Source: an uncultured Chloroflexia bacterium (lineage in GTDB: Bacteria > Chloroflexota > Limnocylindria > Limnocylindrales > CSP1-4). Taken from it: a DNA stretch of 64,000 nucleotides. Each line of letters starts with the position of its first letter. The stretch's first letter is position 1. Location: contig CAWFXA010000002.1 of the NCBI GenBank assembly GCA_963819655.1, positions 544,001 to 608,000 of the forward strand. The letters run 5' to 3'. Shown here piece after piece: positions 10,536 to 19,459 of this stretch. The notes beneath the pieces were generated by a model. It was given only the letters and a program-made list of their open reading frames with translations, was not told the DNA's origin and made no database searches. The position numbers and the translations under genes are program-made.

Positions 10536-10587
10536 GTATGGATACCTCCTTTCCTTCGAAAGCTCCCCGCTGAACGGAGGCCACGCG

Positions 10588-10635
10588 ACCCTACGGTCGC
10601 ACCATCGGGTCTGTCAACTCGGCCGATGTACCTAG
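10588..10635 (-). promoter_or_regulatory. Sigma70-like promoter of pilin 2 with adjacent motif
   Basis: CTAGGTACATCGGCCGAG-TTGACA-N18-TAGGGT. Confidence 0.55.
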
Positions 10636-10647
10636 CGGTGCGTCGGC

Positions 10648-10682
10648 AAAACGAAGACCGCCGGTCGCTGTGACCGGCGGTC
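10648..10682 (-). terminator. Intrinsic terminator after flp pilin 3
   Basis: GACCGCCGGTC-ACAGC-GACCGGCGGTC then TTCGTTTT. Confidence 0.75.
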
Positions 10683-10704
10683 CGTCCGTTGTCGGAAGTC
10701 GGTG

Positions 10705-10875
10705 CTAGACCGAGTTGCCGACGGTGCTCAGGATCGAGCTGACCTGGTTGCCCAGGAAGATCAGCGCGATGATCGCGATGATCGCGATGAGTGCGAGGAT
10801 CAGCGCGTACTCCGCGAGACCCTGGCCCTCCTCGTCACGGCGAAGCGTGGCGAGGAACGAGGTGAAGAGCGCCAT
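10705..10875 (-). CDS. flp: Flp family type IVb pilin 3
   Basis: MALFTSFLATLRRDEEG^QGLAEYALIL...GNSV; AGGAGG SD. Confidence 0.92.
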   Translation of the reverse strand: MALFTSFLATLRRDEEGQGLAEYALILALIAIIAIIALIFLGNQVSSILSTVGNSV

Positions 10876-10998
10876 GCGTAGGTGCCTCCTGGATGAGTAC
10901 TCACCCCCAGATGAGGGCTGGGCCACTATATGGAGAGGTCGCGCGATCCCGAAACTGAGACGATGGTACCGGCGGTGCTCTCGCTCACCGGTACCCGG

Positions 10999-11157
10999 TC
11001 AGCCGCCGGTGGCGCGGTCGATCGCGATGCCGATGGCGGCGAGCGCGTCTGACACGGTCCCGCCGAAGACCACCAGCCAGACCGCCGTCAGGGCGCTCGA
11101 GATGGCCAGGATGAGGCCGTACTCGACGAGCCCCTGGCCGTGGTCACGCCGGCTCAT
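10999..11157 (-). CDS. Divergent Flp-like (minor) pilin 4 (not in ORF track)
   Basis: MSRRDHG^QGLVEYGLILAISSALTAVWLVVFGGTVSDALAAIGIAIDRATGG*; ATGA overlap with the upstream kinase stop. Confidence 0.8.
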   Translation of the reverse strand: MSRRDHGQGLVEYGLILAISSALTAVWLVVFGGTVSDALAAIGIAIDRATGG

Positions 11158-12345
11158 GCGCCGGTCGTCGGAGCCGTCGCCTCGAGCGCCGGCAGGTCGG
11201 TCGCCAGGTGGAGATGTCCGCCGTCGGCCCGCAGCTCGGCCTCGACGCCGACCGACGCGGCGCGGTCCTGTATCTCATGCCACGTCGCGGCCGGCAGGAC
11301 GACGATCGATGCCCGGACCGCGGCCGCCGCGGCTTCACGTTTCGCCGTCCGTCGATCCTCGACGAGCGCGGCGAGGGCCGGCGGCAGGTTCTTGCCGGCC
11401 TCCACGGTGGGGATGGCGATATCCGTCGGCATCGTCGACTCCGCCGCGACGGCACGCGTCGCAACGACGTCGGCGGTCAGCCGATCGCTCCAGTCGAGCT
11501 TCATCGAGATGAGGTCCGGCTCGGCGCCGAGGTAGCCCGCGAGGGCCTCATCGAGGATCCGGAACAGTCCGCTCTCGAGATCCATCGGCAGGCGCTGGTC
11601 CTGTCCCATCGATTCGAACTCCACCGGGATGTCGGCCCGCCGACTGCGCTCCCGTGTCGCGCGCCGGAGCGTCGGGACGAGGCCGAGGTCGTCGAGCACC
11701 ATCGGGCGGACGTCGAAGATGAACGTCTTCGTCGCGTCGAGAGTCTGCTGGACCATCGCCACCAGGTGCTGCACCTCGACGGCCGACGCCTCGGGGTCCT
11801 TGCCGACCAGACGCTCGACGATCTGTGCCTGCAGGACGATGTTCGTGAGGCTCTGGGCCGGGCCGTCGTGCATCGCCCGCGCGATCTCGCGTCGGAGGTC
11901 TTCCTGGGCACCCATCAGCAGCCGCGCCACCGCCGGCGGCATCGGTTCGTCTCCGGCGCCGTCCGCGCCGCCGGTCCCTTCGGCCCCGACGCCGCTCAGC
12001 GCGTCGATGTAGCTCACGATCGCATCGCGATAGCGCGCAAGCGCGCGGCGCTTGCCGTCGAGCACCTCGACCTGCGTCTCCATCAGCGCCGCCCGTTTGG
12101 TCAGCCCGACCAGGGCGGCCGTCTGTTCGAGGCGCTCGGTGATGTCCGCGCTGCCCGACAGGCCCTCGCAGCTTGTCCGTCGTGGACGTGCGGCGCGCCT
12201 CGTGACGGGCAGCCTCGGTCCTGGCCTGGGCGATGAGCAGGTCGACCTCGTCCAGTTCCTTGTCGAGGGTGAGGAGGTCGTCGGCGAGCCGCGTCGACAG
12301 CGCGTCGACGCCTGTGGTCGGCTGGGTCGCGGTGTCGTTCGCCAT
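11154..12345 (-). CDS. DegS-like protein: coiled coil plus HisKA_3, degenerate ATPase domain (frameshift near 12120-12170)
   Basis: EDLRREIARAMHDGPAQSLTN, FDVRPMVLDDLGLVPTL, LFRILDEAL; no N-box Asn and no DDGxG. Confidence 0.75.
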
Positions 12346-13091
12346 CAATCCTCGGGCATCCGGATCCAACCCTGGCGCATCGCGTACACAACGGCCTGGG
12401 TCCGGTCGTTGACCGACAGCTTGCGCAGGATCGAGCTCATGTGGTTCTTGACGGTCTGCTCGCTGATCGTCAGCGCGTAGGCGACCTGCTTGTTGGTCAT
12501 GCCCTGCGCGATGTTGTCGAGGATCTCGACTTCGCGCGGGGACAGTGGGGCGAAGATCGGTGCGGCCTCCTGGCCGTAGACCGCCAGCTCGCGGAACTCC
12601 TTGAGGACACGCGTCGCGACCGCCGGCTTCGAGAAGACCTTGTCGTTGATGAGGAACTCGCCATCGGCGACGCGCCGGATGATCGTGACGAGATCGTCCG
12701 GTCCGACGTCCTTCAGGATGAATGCCGCGGCACCCGCCTTGATGGCGTCGAACAATGAGTCCTCGTCCTCGTTGACCGCGAGGACGATGATCCCCGTTGC
12801 CGGCAGCTCGCGCTTGATGCGCTGGGTCGTCTCGATCCCGCCGGGCGCCGGCAACGACAGGTCCATGAGGATGATGTCGGGCGACGTCTCGAGGGCACGG
12901 TCGACCGCGCTCCGCGAGTCCTCGGCCTCACCGACGACCTCGAGGTCCGACTCCCGAGAGAGGATGTTGGCGATCCCGACCCGGAACAGGGCATGATCGT
13001 CGACGATCAGGATCCGGGTCATCTCGCCGGCGGCGCGGCGGTCGGGACCACCCCGACGCCGATCCGGCCCGCCGTATTCGGTTGCGCTCAT
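12345..13091 (-). CDS. NarL/DegU-family response regulator
   Basis: ILIVDDH, ILMDLSLP, FILKD; LuxR HTH LSPREVEIL...NKQVA...TVKNHMSSILRKL. Confidence 0.93.
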   Translation of the reverse strand: MSATEYGGPDRRRGGPDRRAAGEMTRILIVDDHALFRVGIANILSRESDLEVVGEAEDSRSAVDRALETSPDIILMDLSLPAPGGIETTQRIKRELPATGIIVLAVNEDEDSLFDAIKAGAAAFILKDVGPDDLVTIIRRVADGEFLINDKVFSKPAVATRVLKEFRELAVYGQEAAPIFAPLSPREVEILDNIAQGMTNKQVAYALTISEQTVKNHMSSILRKLSVNDRTQAVVYAMRQGWIRMPED

Positions 13092-13786
13092 CCGTTCTCC
13101 TTTGCTCCCGTCAGGTCCCCCGTCGGGATCGCGAGCCGGACCACGGTACCGCCGTCCGGTCGAGATCGTACGTCGAAGCGGGCGCCGATCAGCTCGGCGC
13201 GCTCGTTCATGACCTGCATGCCGAAATTGCGGTGGCCACGTTTGGCCACCGTGCCCATATCGAATCCGCGACCATCGTCGCGGATCTCAAGGGTCCATTC
13301 ATCGCCGGTCACGTCGGTGCTGACCATGACGGTCGAGGCGCCGGCGTGCTTGCGAACATTCTGAAGAGCCTCCTGCGCGACGCGCAGGACAACGGTCCGT
13401 TGTCGATCGTCGAGTCGATCGCTCGGGGCTCGAAGGTCGGTCGTGACGCCCATCCGCGTCGCCGATCGAAGACCATCGACGGCATCGACGAGGGCGACGT
13501 CGAGGCCGGCCGCATCGACCGTCGCCGGACGCAGCTCGGAGATGAACTCGCGGACGTTGGCCAGCTCGCGACGCAGCAACGCGCGGAGCTGACGGAGCCC
13601 GACCATCGCCGCGTTCGGGTCGCGCTCGATCAGACGTTCGATGTCGTCGACCTCGAAGATGGCGTTCGTGAGGGCCTGGGCCGGACCGTCGTGGATCTCG
13701 CGCCCGATCCTGGCTCGTTCGGCGTCAAGCGCCTCGAGGACCATCGCGGCGGCGTCCATCGGGTTCGGAGTATAGGGCTCGGTCAT
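13088..13786 (-). CDS. Sensorless cytoplasmic histidine kinase (HisKA_3 plus HATPase_c)
   Basis: ERARIGREIHDGPAQ, QEALQNVRKHA, DDGRGFD, FGMQVMNERA, GGTVV. Confidence 0.88.
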   Translation of the reverse strand: MTEPYTPNPMDAAAMVLEALDAERARIGREIHDGPAQALTNAIFEVDDIERLIERDPNAAMVGLRQLRALLRRELANVREFISELRPATVDAAGLDVALVDAVDGLRSATRMGVTTDLRAPSDRLDDRQRTVVLRVAQEALQNVRKHAGASTVMVSTDVTGDEWTLEIRDDGRGFDMGTVAKRGHRNFGMQVMNERAELIGARFDVRSRPDGGTVVRLAIPTGDLTGAKENG

Positions 13787-15435
13787 GGGGTATTCCCCGT
13801 GCAGCCGATCTCGTACACGGTCGTCGTCGCGAGCGGATCGACACCCGTCGCCCGTGTACGGACCGAGATCGATCGGGGTGAAGCACTCCGCGCCAGGAAG
13901 ACCCGCCCGCAGGTCGCCCGGCCAATGCTTGCCTTCCGGGCTGGTCAGGATCAGGTAGCGCGTGCCGGTGAACGTCGCGGCCGAGATCGAGCACATCCGT
14001 CGGCGGCTCGTCCGGCAGCGCCAGCGTCGAGACGCGTTGCGTCTCGGCCACCCAGATCGGAAAGTTGCTCATCAGGCGGAGGCCGGGCGTATCGACCGGA
14101 TGACCTGCTTCGGCCAATCGGGGTCCGAGCTCCCCGTACGTCGCCGCGGTCATCCGCGATCCCGTGCCGAACGACGGCAAGAGCACGACCGAGAACAGGA
14201 GCGACGTCGCGACACTGCCGACCATCCCGACCCACGTCGATCTCGCTTGGTCCATGCCATGCGACGCCCGAGACGCGTGATGGCTGCGTCGATCGCCAAG
14301 ATCGCCGAAAGGACGACAAGGACGTGCACAGGGCCGGCCGCGTGGAGGAACGTGCCCCATTGGGTCGCCGCCGGAAAGAGCAGGCTGGTGACGATGAACA
14401 TGATCAGACTGATCAGCGACGAGCGGCCGCAGTGCGAAGCCACGGCCCTGCCACGGCAGGGCAAGCAGGCCGAGGCACTGACATGGGCAGCCCGAGAAGC
14501 ACAAGCACGTTGAACAGGTTGTGCGCGAGGCCGGTCAGGCGGAGCTGAACGAGCCCGCCCGGGCCGAGCGCCAGATGGCGGGCGAGAGTCGGGGGATCGT
14601 TCCACGCGAAGATGTCGTACCCAGTCAGGTACAGGGCATTGGTGATGGCCTGGCCGGGCAGCGGGCTGCCGAACTCGCCCAGGTTCCGATAGGCCCACGG
14701 AGCGAATACGATGCAGCGCGACGACCGCCGACGATGGCGACGAGCCGGAGGCGCACAGATGCCGGGGCGTCGACGGATCGCCAGACGAGCCCCACCCAGA
14801 TCAGCGCCAACCAGATCGTTTCGTTGCGAGTCAGGGCACCCCAGCCCGAGCAGTACACCCACGGCGATGAGGCGCGGGTCGCGAGAACCGGGCGCCGCGT
14901 GGGTCTCGGAGCGATGCGGGTCATCAGCAGGCAGGCGCCGAGCACGATCGCGGCGAACAGCATGGTCGAGTCCGGGAGGGCCGAGTTGAGCACCATCGGC
15001 AGGTAGACGGCGCTCGTCAGCCCGGCCCCGAGCCCGACCCACCGCGAGCGTTCCACGTCGAACGCCCGTTCCGAGGCGACGTCGATCGCCAGGCGCCAGA
15101 TCAACACCGGGACGACCGCGCCGACGAGGACGCTCGAACTTTGCGCCGCCGCGAATGACGTCCCGAACAGGGCCATCGGGATGACCGCCAGGAATGTCGG
15201 CAGCGGGAGCCACACCTCGAATGCCGGGCGCGGGAAGATCGAGCGGCGGCGTCGCGTAGCTCCAGAGGGCGTCGGACACGAGGCCACGACCCTCGACGAT
15301 GTTGCGGGCCACCCCAACGTAGTACGCGGTGTCCTCGGGCTTCGGGAACACGATCTGTCCTGCGAAGTACGCCCGGACGACGAGGGCCACGAGAAAGACG
15401 AGCCCGGCCGACAGGACGGCTTCGCGACGGCTCAC
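13783..15435 (-). CDS. GT-C (ArnT-like) membrane glycosyltransferase, frameshifted
   Basis: MSRREAVL...FPKPEDTAYYVGVARNIVEGRG, WLPLP, LTRNE, PWAYRN spread over several frames. Confidence 0.7.
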
Positions 15436-17005
15436 GAGCCGGTCTCCACGGGGAAGATCGCGAACGTCGGCGGGCGTCCCTCGAGGAGGATCGGCTCGCC
15501 GAGCCAGGCAGGTCGGGATCCGTCGAGGACCGGCGCCATCGACTTGACACTGTCGTCACGGTCGAGCACGAGCCAGCTGATGTCGTACGCCTCGACGACC
15601 TTGTGGATGGCTTCTTGCGGGTCGTTGACGAGCACCACGCCGCCGCGTCCCGTCCAGTACTTGGTCCCCGCGGCGTCGATCGACATGACCCGGTCCGAGC
15701 TCGGTGCCGCGACCCGGTCGAGAGCATCCGCGATCCGCACGAACTTGTCCCGGCTGTCTGCCCACACACCGTGCACGAATGCCGACCCGACGGCGGCCGC
15801 GCCCGACCGCGAAGACCAGCGCGGCCCCGGTGAACGCAGTGGTCGCCGCCCCGACGTTCCATGTCGGGCGCCGAGTCGCGGCCCACGCCACCGTGAGCGC
15901 GATCCCTTCGAGGGCGAGCACGTACGAATGGGGCGCGAGGGCCACTGCCGAATGGATGAAGGTGCCGCCAGGGACATGCACGGCACTGACCAACGCGGAG
16001 AAGCCGAACAGCAGCGCTGCGTAGATGAAGAACGGTCCGAAGTCAAGCGAGCGACGGCGAGCCCAGCCGCCGATCGACCATGAACGGCGCGAGCACGAAC
16101 CCCGCCACCAAGGTCGTGTAGATCATCACGGCGGCGACGAGACCACCTAGCCGGCGAGGCGAGCAATGGTCCGATCCCGACGCCCAGCAGGTGCTCGAGG
16201 GTCGCTGGGGTCGTGATGCTGTTCCACTCGCCGATGTCGCGGATGAATAGCACCTTTCCCGAGGCCGTCGATGGCGAGATCGAGCCGAAGACCGCGAGCT
16301 GGCGGAGCCACCACGGCGCCATGACCAGGACGAATAGCGCTACACACGCGGCGGCCGCCGTCCAGGGGATCGCGCGACGCCGCCAGCGGTCCCAGAGGAA
16401 CGTGCAACCGAGGGCGGCGAGCACGAGCAGCCCGTCGTTGCGCGACAGCGTTGCGAGCCCGGCGAGGAGGCCTGCTACAGCGAATGCGCGCGGCGACCCC
16501 TTTAGCCCTCGGGCGCCCATCCAGAGGGCGCCGAGGACGAGCGGCTGGAAGAGCGAGAAGTTGTCTGGCTGGGCCATGTACACGACCGACATGACGGGGA
16601 TCGCCACCAGGAGGCCGGCCCCGACCGCGACCGAAGCCGATGCCCTGGCGTCCCGTGCCATCGCCCATGTCATCGGCGCCGCCAGGGAGCCGATCAGCGC
16701 GAACGGCAGTGCCGACGCCGATCGCCGTCGGACCGAGGACCGCCAGGAATGGGACCTGGACGAGCGAGGCGAGCGGCATCCAGTGTGCGTTCGACGGGAT
16801 CGGCAGGGTCGGATCCGACGGGGATACTGCCGCCGACCTCTGGGAAGATCCAGACCACATCGATGTTGAAGCCATGGCCAGCGACGAGGCTGCGCGCGAC
16901 TTCCACGTAGTAGAAGGAGTCAGGGTAGGCCGGGTCCGGGAAGTGCCATACGAGCACGAGGCGGACGACGAGGGCGAGCCCATATAGGACGATAGGGATA
17001 CGCAC
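15432..17005 (-). CDS. GT-C (ArnT-like) membrane glycosyltransferase, paralog of the preceding gene, frameshifted
   Basis: FPDPAYPDSFYYVEVARSLVAGHG, WMPLAS, LSRNDG, PWWLRQ. Confidence 0.7.
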
Positions 17006-17121
17006 GGCCGGTGCAGCGTAGCACCGGGTCCTGGTCCTTCCGACCAGTACGAACGGGCTACCCAGGACGGCCGAATCGCGACCTGTCGATCTCGTCGCGT
17101 CCGAGCGTCACGCGTGTTCGA

Positions 17122-18270
17122 TCACGTCGCGCGAACCCAGCTCAGCTCAGGATCAGTGATCGGCCGCGGTTCACGGCCGGCGGACCCGCGGACCGTTCGG
17201 TGGCGACGGAACGGTCGCTCGACGTATTGGTACAGGACGATAGCCAGGGCCCCCGAGAGGGCGAGCGCGACGCCCACTCGAAGGACCGGATGCGACCCCT
17301 CGAGGACCGCGTTCAGCATCATGAACACAGGCACGTGGACGAGGTACAGCGAATACGAGCGCTCGCCGAGCCATCCAAGAGCGGGAGAGGCCAGACCCGT
17401 CCAGCGTTGTTCGCGTCGCAGAGCGCTCACGACCACACCCAAGGACGCGACCACGGCGATCGTGTACCCGGAGCCAGACCATCCCGGATTGACCAGCGGT
17501 ACGGTCGCCACGACGAGCAGGGTGATCATCGCGACGGGCCCGATCCACGATCCAGGTTGCCAAGCCGGCCATCGCGCACGGGCCGCCGCCAACGCGCAGC
17601 CGACAAGCAAGGCGTCCGCTCGGGTATCCGTCCCGAAGTAGATCCGGTCGCCCGGCGCCCCGGAATCGATCAGGACGGCCCGGACGGCCGTCGAGCCGAC
17701 TGCGAGCCCCGCAAGAACGCCGACGACCGTCCAGCTCGCCGGCTGTCGGAAGCGAGTGAGCACTGCGAACCCAAGCGGCGCGACGAGGTAGAACTGCTCT
17801 TCGATGCTCAATGACCATGCGTGGTTCCACAAACCCATCTGGTCGCCCATGGCCCGCGCCCAGTTCGCCACGTACGCCAAGGTCAGGACGGAGTCCTCGA
17901 CGACCCACCGAGTTTCTCCGCTGAGGACAGCGATCGCGCCGACCACCACCATCACGGCGACGAGGGCCGGGAGGAGACGCCGAGCGCGTCGGGCCACGAA
18001 GGCACGCAGGTCCACGCCACCGTTGGCTTCCCGTTCTGCGATCAGGAGCGACGTGATCAGGTATCCGCTCAGGACGAAGAAGAGTGTGACCCCGACCACA
18101 CCGCCGGACAGGATCGGCACGCCAGCGTGAAAGGCCAGCACGAGGATGATCGCAAGACCGCGGACACCGGAGATGGCAGGTTGCCAGGGGAGGCGCGTCG
18201 CCGACCCCCCAGCGCGACGTGATTCAGGCAATCGAAGACCGGCCCGATAGCTCCAGGCCGGTCTCGCCAC
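17122..18270 (-). CDS. Acyltransferase family 3 (OafA/YrhL-like O-acyltransferase)
   Basis: GVRGLAIILVLAFH, GVTLFFVLSGYLIT, RRARRLLP, HAWSLSIEEQFY, GERSYSLYLVH. Confidence 0.9.
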   Translation of the reverse strand: MARPAWSYRAGLRLPESRRAGGSATRLPWQPAISGVRGLAIILVLAFHAGVPILSGGVVGVTLFFVLSGYLITSLLIAEREANGGVDLRAFVARRARRLLPALVAVMVVVGAIAVLSGETRWVVEDSVLTLAYVANWARAMGDQMGLWNHAWSLSIEEQFYLVAPLGFAVLTRFRQPASWTVVGVLAGLAVGSTAVRAVLIDSGAPGDRIYFGTDTRADALLVGCALAAARARWPAWQPGSWIGPVAMITLLVVATVPLVNPGWSGSGYTIAVVASLGVVVSALRREQRWTGLASPALGWLGERSYSLYLVHVPVFMMLNAVLEGSHPVLRVGVALALSGALAIVLYQYVERPFRRHRTVRGSAGREPRPITDPELSWVRAT

Positions 18271-18429
18271 TCGCTCGGCACGATGCTATCGGCGACCGGG
18301 CAAGTCACCGTGCCGTGAGCCTTGTCAGGCTCTCGCTACCCCAGAAGGCCGCATCGTCCCGTGTCGACGTACGGAATGCAAGCTGGTCGTTGCCGGGCCG
18401 CACCACCCTGAATGGGGTGCTGCGCCCTC

Positions 18430-19102
18430 TCAGGCGGGCGTTCTCGCGATGAACAGCACGTTGAAGTGCAGGAGCGAGTAACTGAGATGCTCGACGTGCC
18501 ACCCGGCCAGCATCTCGCGCACTTCGCCGGGAAGGTACTCGTTGTGGAAGGGCTCGCTGTGCGGGCAGGTGCTCGACAGGAAGCGGAGCTTCCAGATCAA
18601 AGCGCGTGCCGGCACGGATCCGACGAGGACACCCCCGGGCGTCAGGACCCGTTTGAATTCCGCCAGAGCGAGAGCGGGATCAGGGATGTGTTCGATGACC
18701 TCGGTGCAGAGGACCGTTCCGAAGCTTCCGTCGGCGAAGGGCAGGTGCTCGATGTCGCCTTCGACGACCTCGTGACCGGGGAGGCGCTCACGAAGCAGCG
18801 CGACGTTGCGCGGATTGATGTCGACCCCGACCGAGCCCGGGGGAAGGTGGCGCAGGTTCAGGCCGGTCCCGCACCCGGCATCCAGGATCGGTAACCCCCT
18901 GCGTGGCACTCTTCGCGATCAGCTTTCGGACGACGCGTGCCCTGTTGCGATGGAAGAAGGCCTCGAGTCCGCGGAGGTTGTCGGCAACGTCGACCCAGTC
19001 GTAGGTCTCGACGTCGCGGTAGTAATCCTTGACCCACTCAGACCAGGCCGCCGAGCCCGGCTCCAGGTCGATCCCGTGCGAGGCGTGGTCGTGCTGGTGC
19101 AT
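18430..19102 (-). CDS. Class I SAM-dependent methyltransferase (frameshift near 18905)
   Basis: ILDAGCGTG, LPFADGSF, EVIEHIPDP, RVLTPGG; N-terminus lies in a neighbouring frame. Confidence 0.8.
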
Positions 19103-19231
19103 CACTCCTCCAAGTCGTGGCGACCAGCGCAGCTTCAGGGTTCGGCCCTCCCTCAAACATCCACTCGATAGTCCTACGTCAAACGAGCATAGCCTTGGGG
19201 CGACGATGGGGCGGGCCGGATAGAACTTCTG

Positions 19232-19417
19232 GTGCATCGACCTGATGGACCTCTCCGGCCGAGACTCGCCGCCATGGCCGATGGCATGTGGGCAGTCCTG
19301 GGCGCGACCCTGACGTTGATCGCGGGCTACGCGACCGCGTGGCTCGTCCGGCATGAGCTCGCGGTGCGCCGGTTCCGCGGGCAGGCACAGCAGGCGGGGT
19401 CAGGCGACCGGCGCTGA
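19232..19417 (+). CDS. Small single-TM hypothetical protein
   Basis: MADGMWAVLGATLTLIAGYATAWLVRHEL hydrophobic segment; start uncertain. Confidence 0.4.
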   Translation: MHRPDGPLRPRLAAMADGMWAVLGATLTLIAGYATAWLVRHELAVRRFRGQAQQAGSGDRR

Positions 19418-19459
19418 CGAGGCTCGTTCCTCGACCTCCGACCGACCTACGATGACCGC

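Larger units (their letters stand above)
10367..10827. repeat. 124-bp identical direct repeat (10367-10490 and 10704-10827) covering the mature pilin 2 and 3 coding sequence
   Basis: Base-by-base comparison from GCTAGACCGAGTTG to GAGACCCTGGCC. Confidence 0.9.

Noticed and set aside
10367-10827. Repeat pair as a CRISPR array, IS ends or DGR template/variable repeat
   Set aside because: Only two copies, both coding and identical (no adenine-specific mismatches), and no cas, transposase or reverse transcriptase in the window.
10211-10998. c-di-GMP riboswitches upstream of the flp pilins
   Set aside because: I looked for class I and class II hallmarks and found none; the spacers are explained by terminators and promoters.
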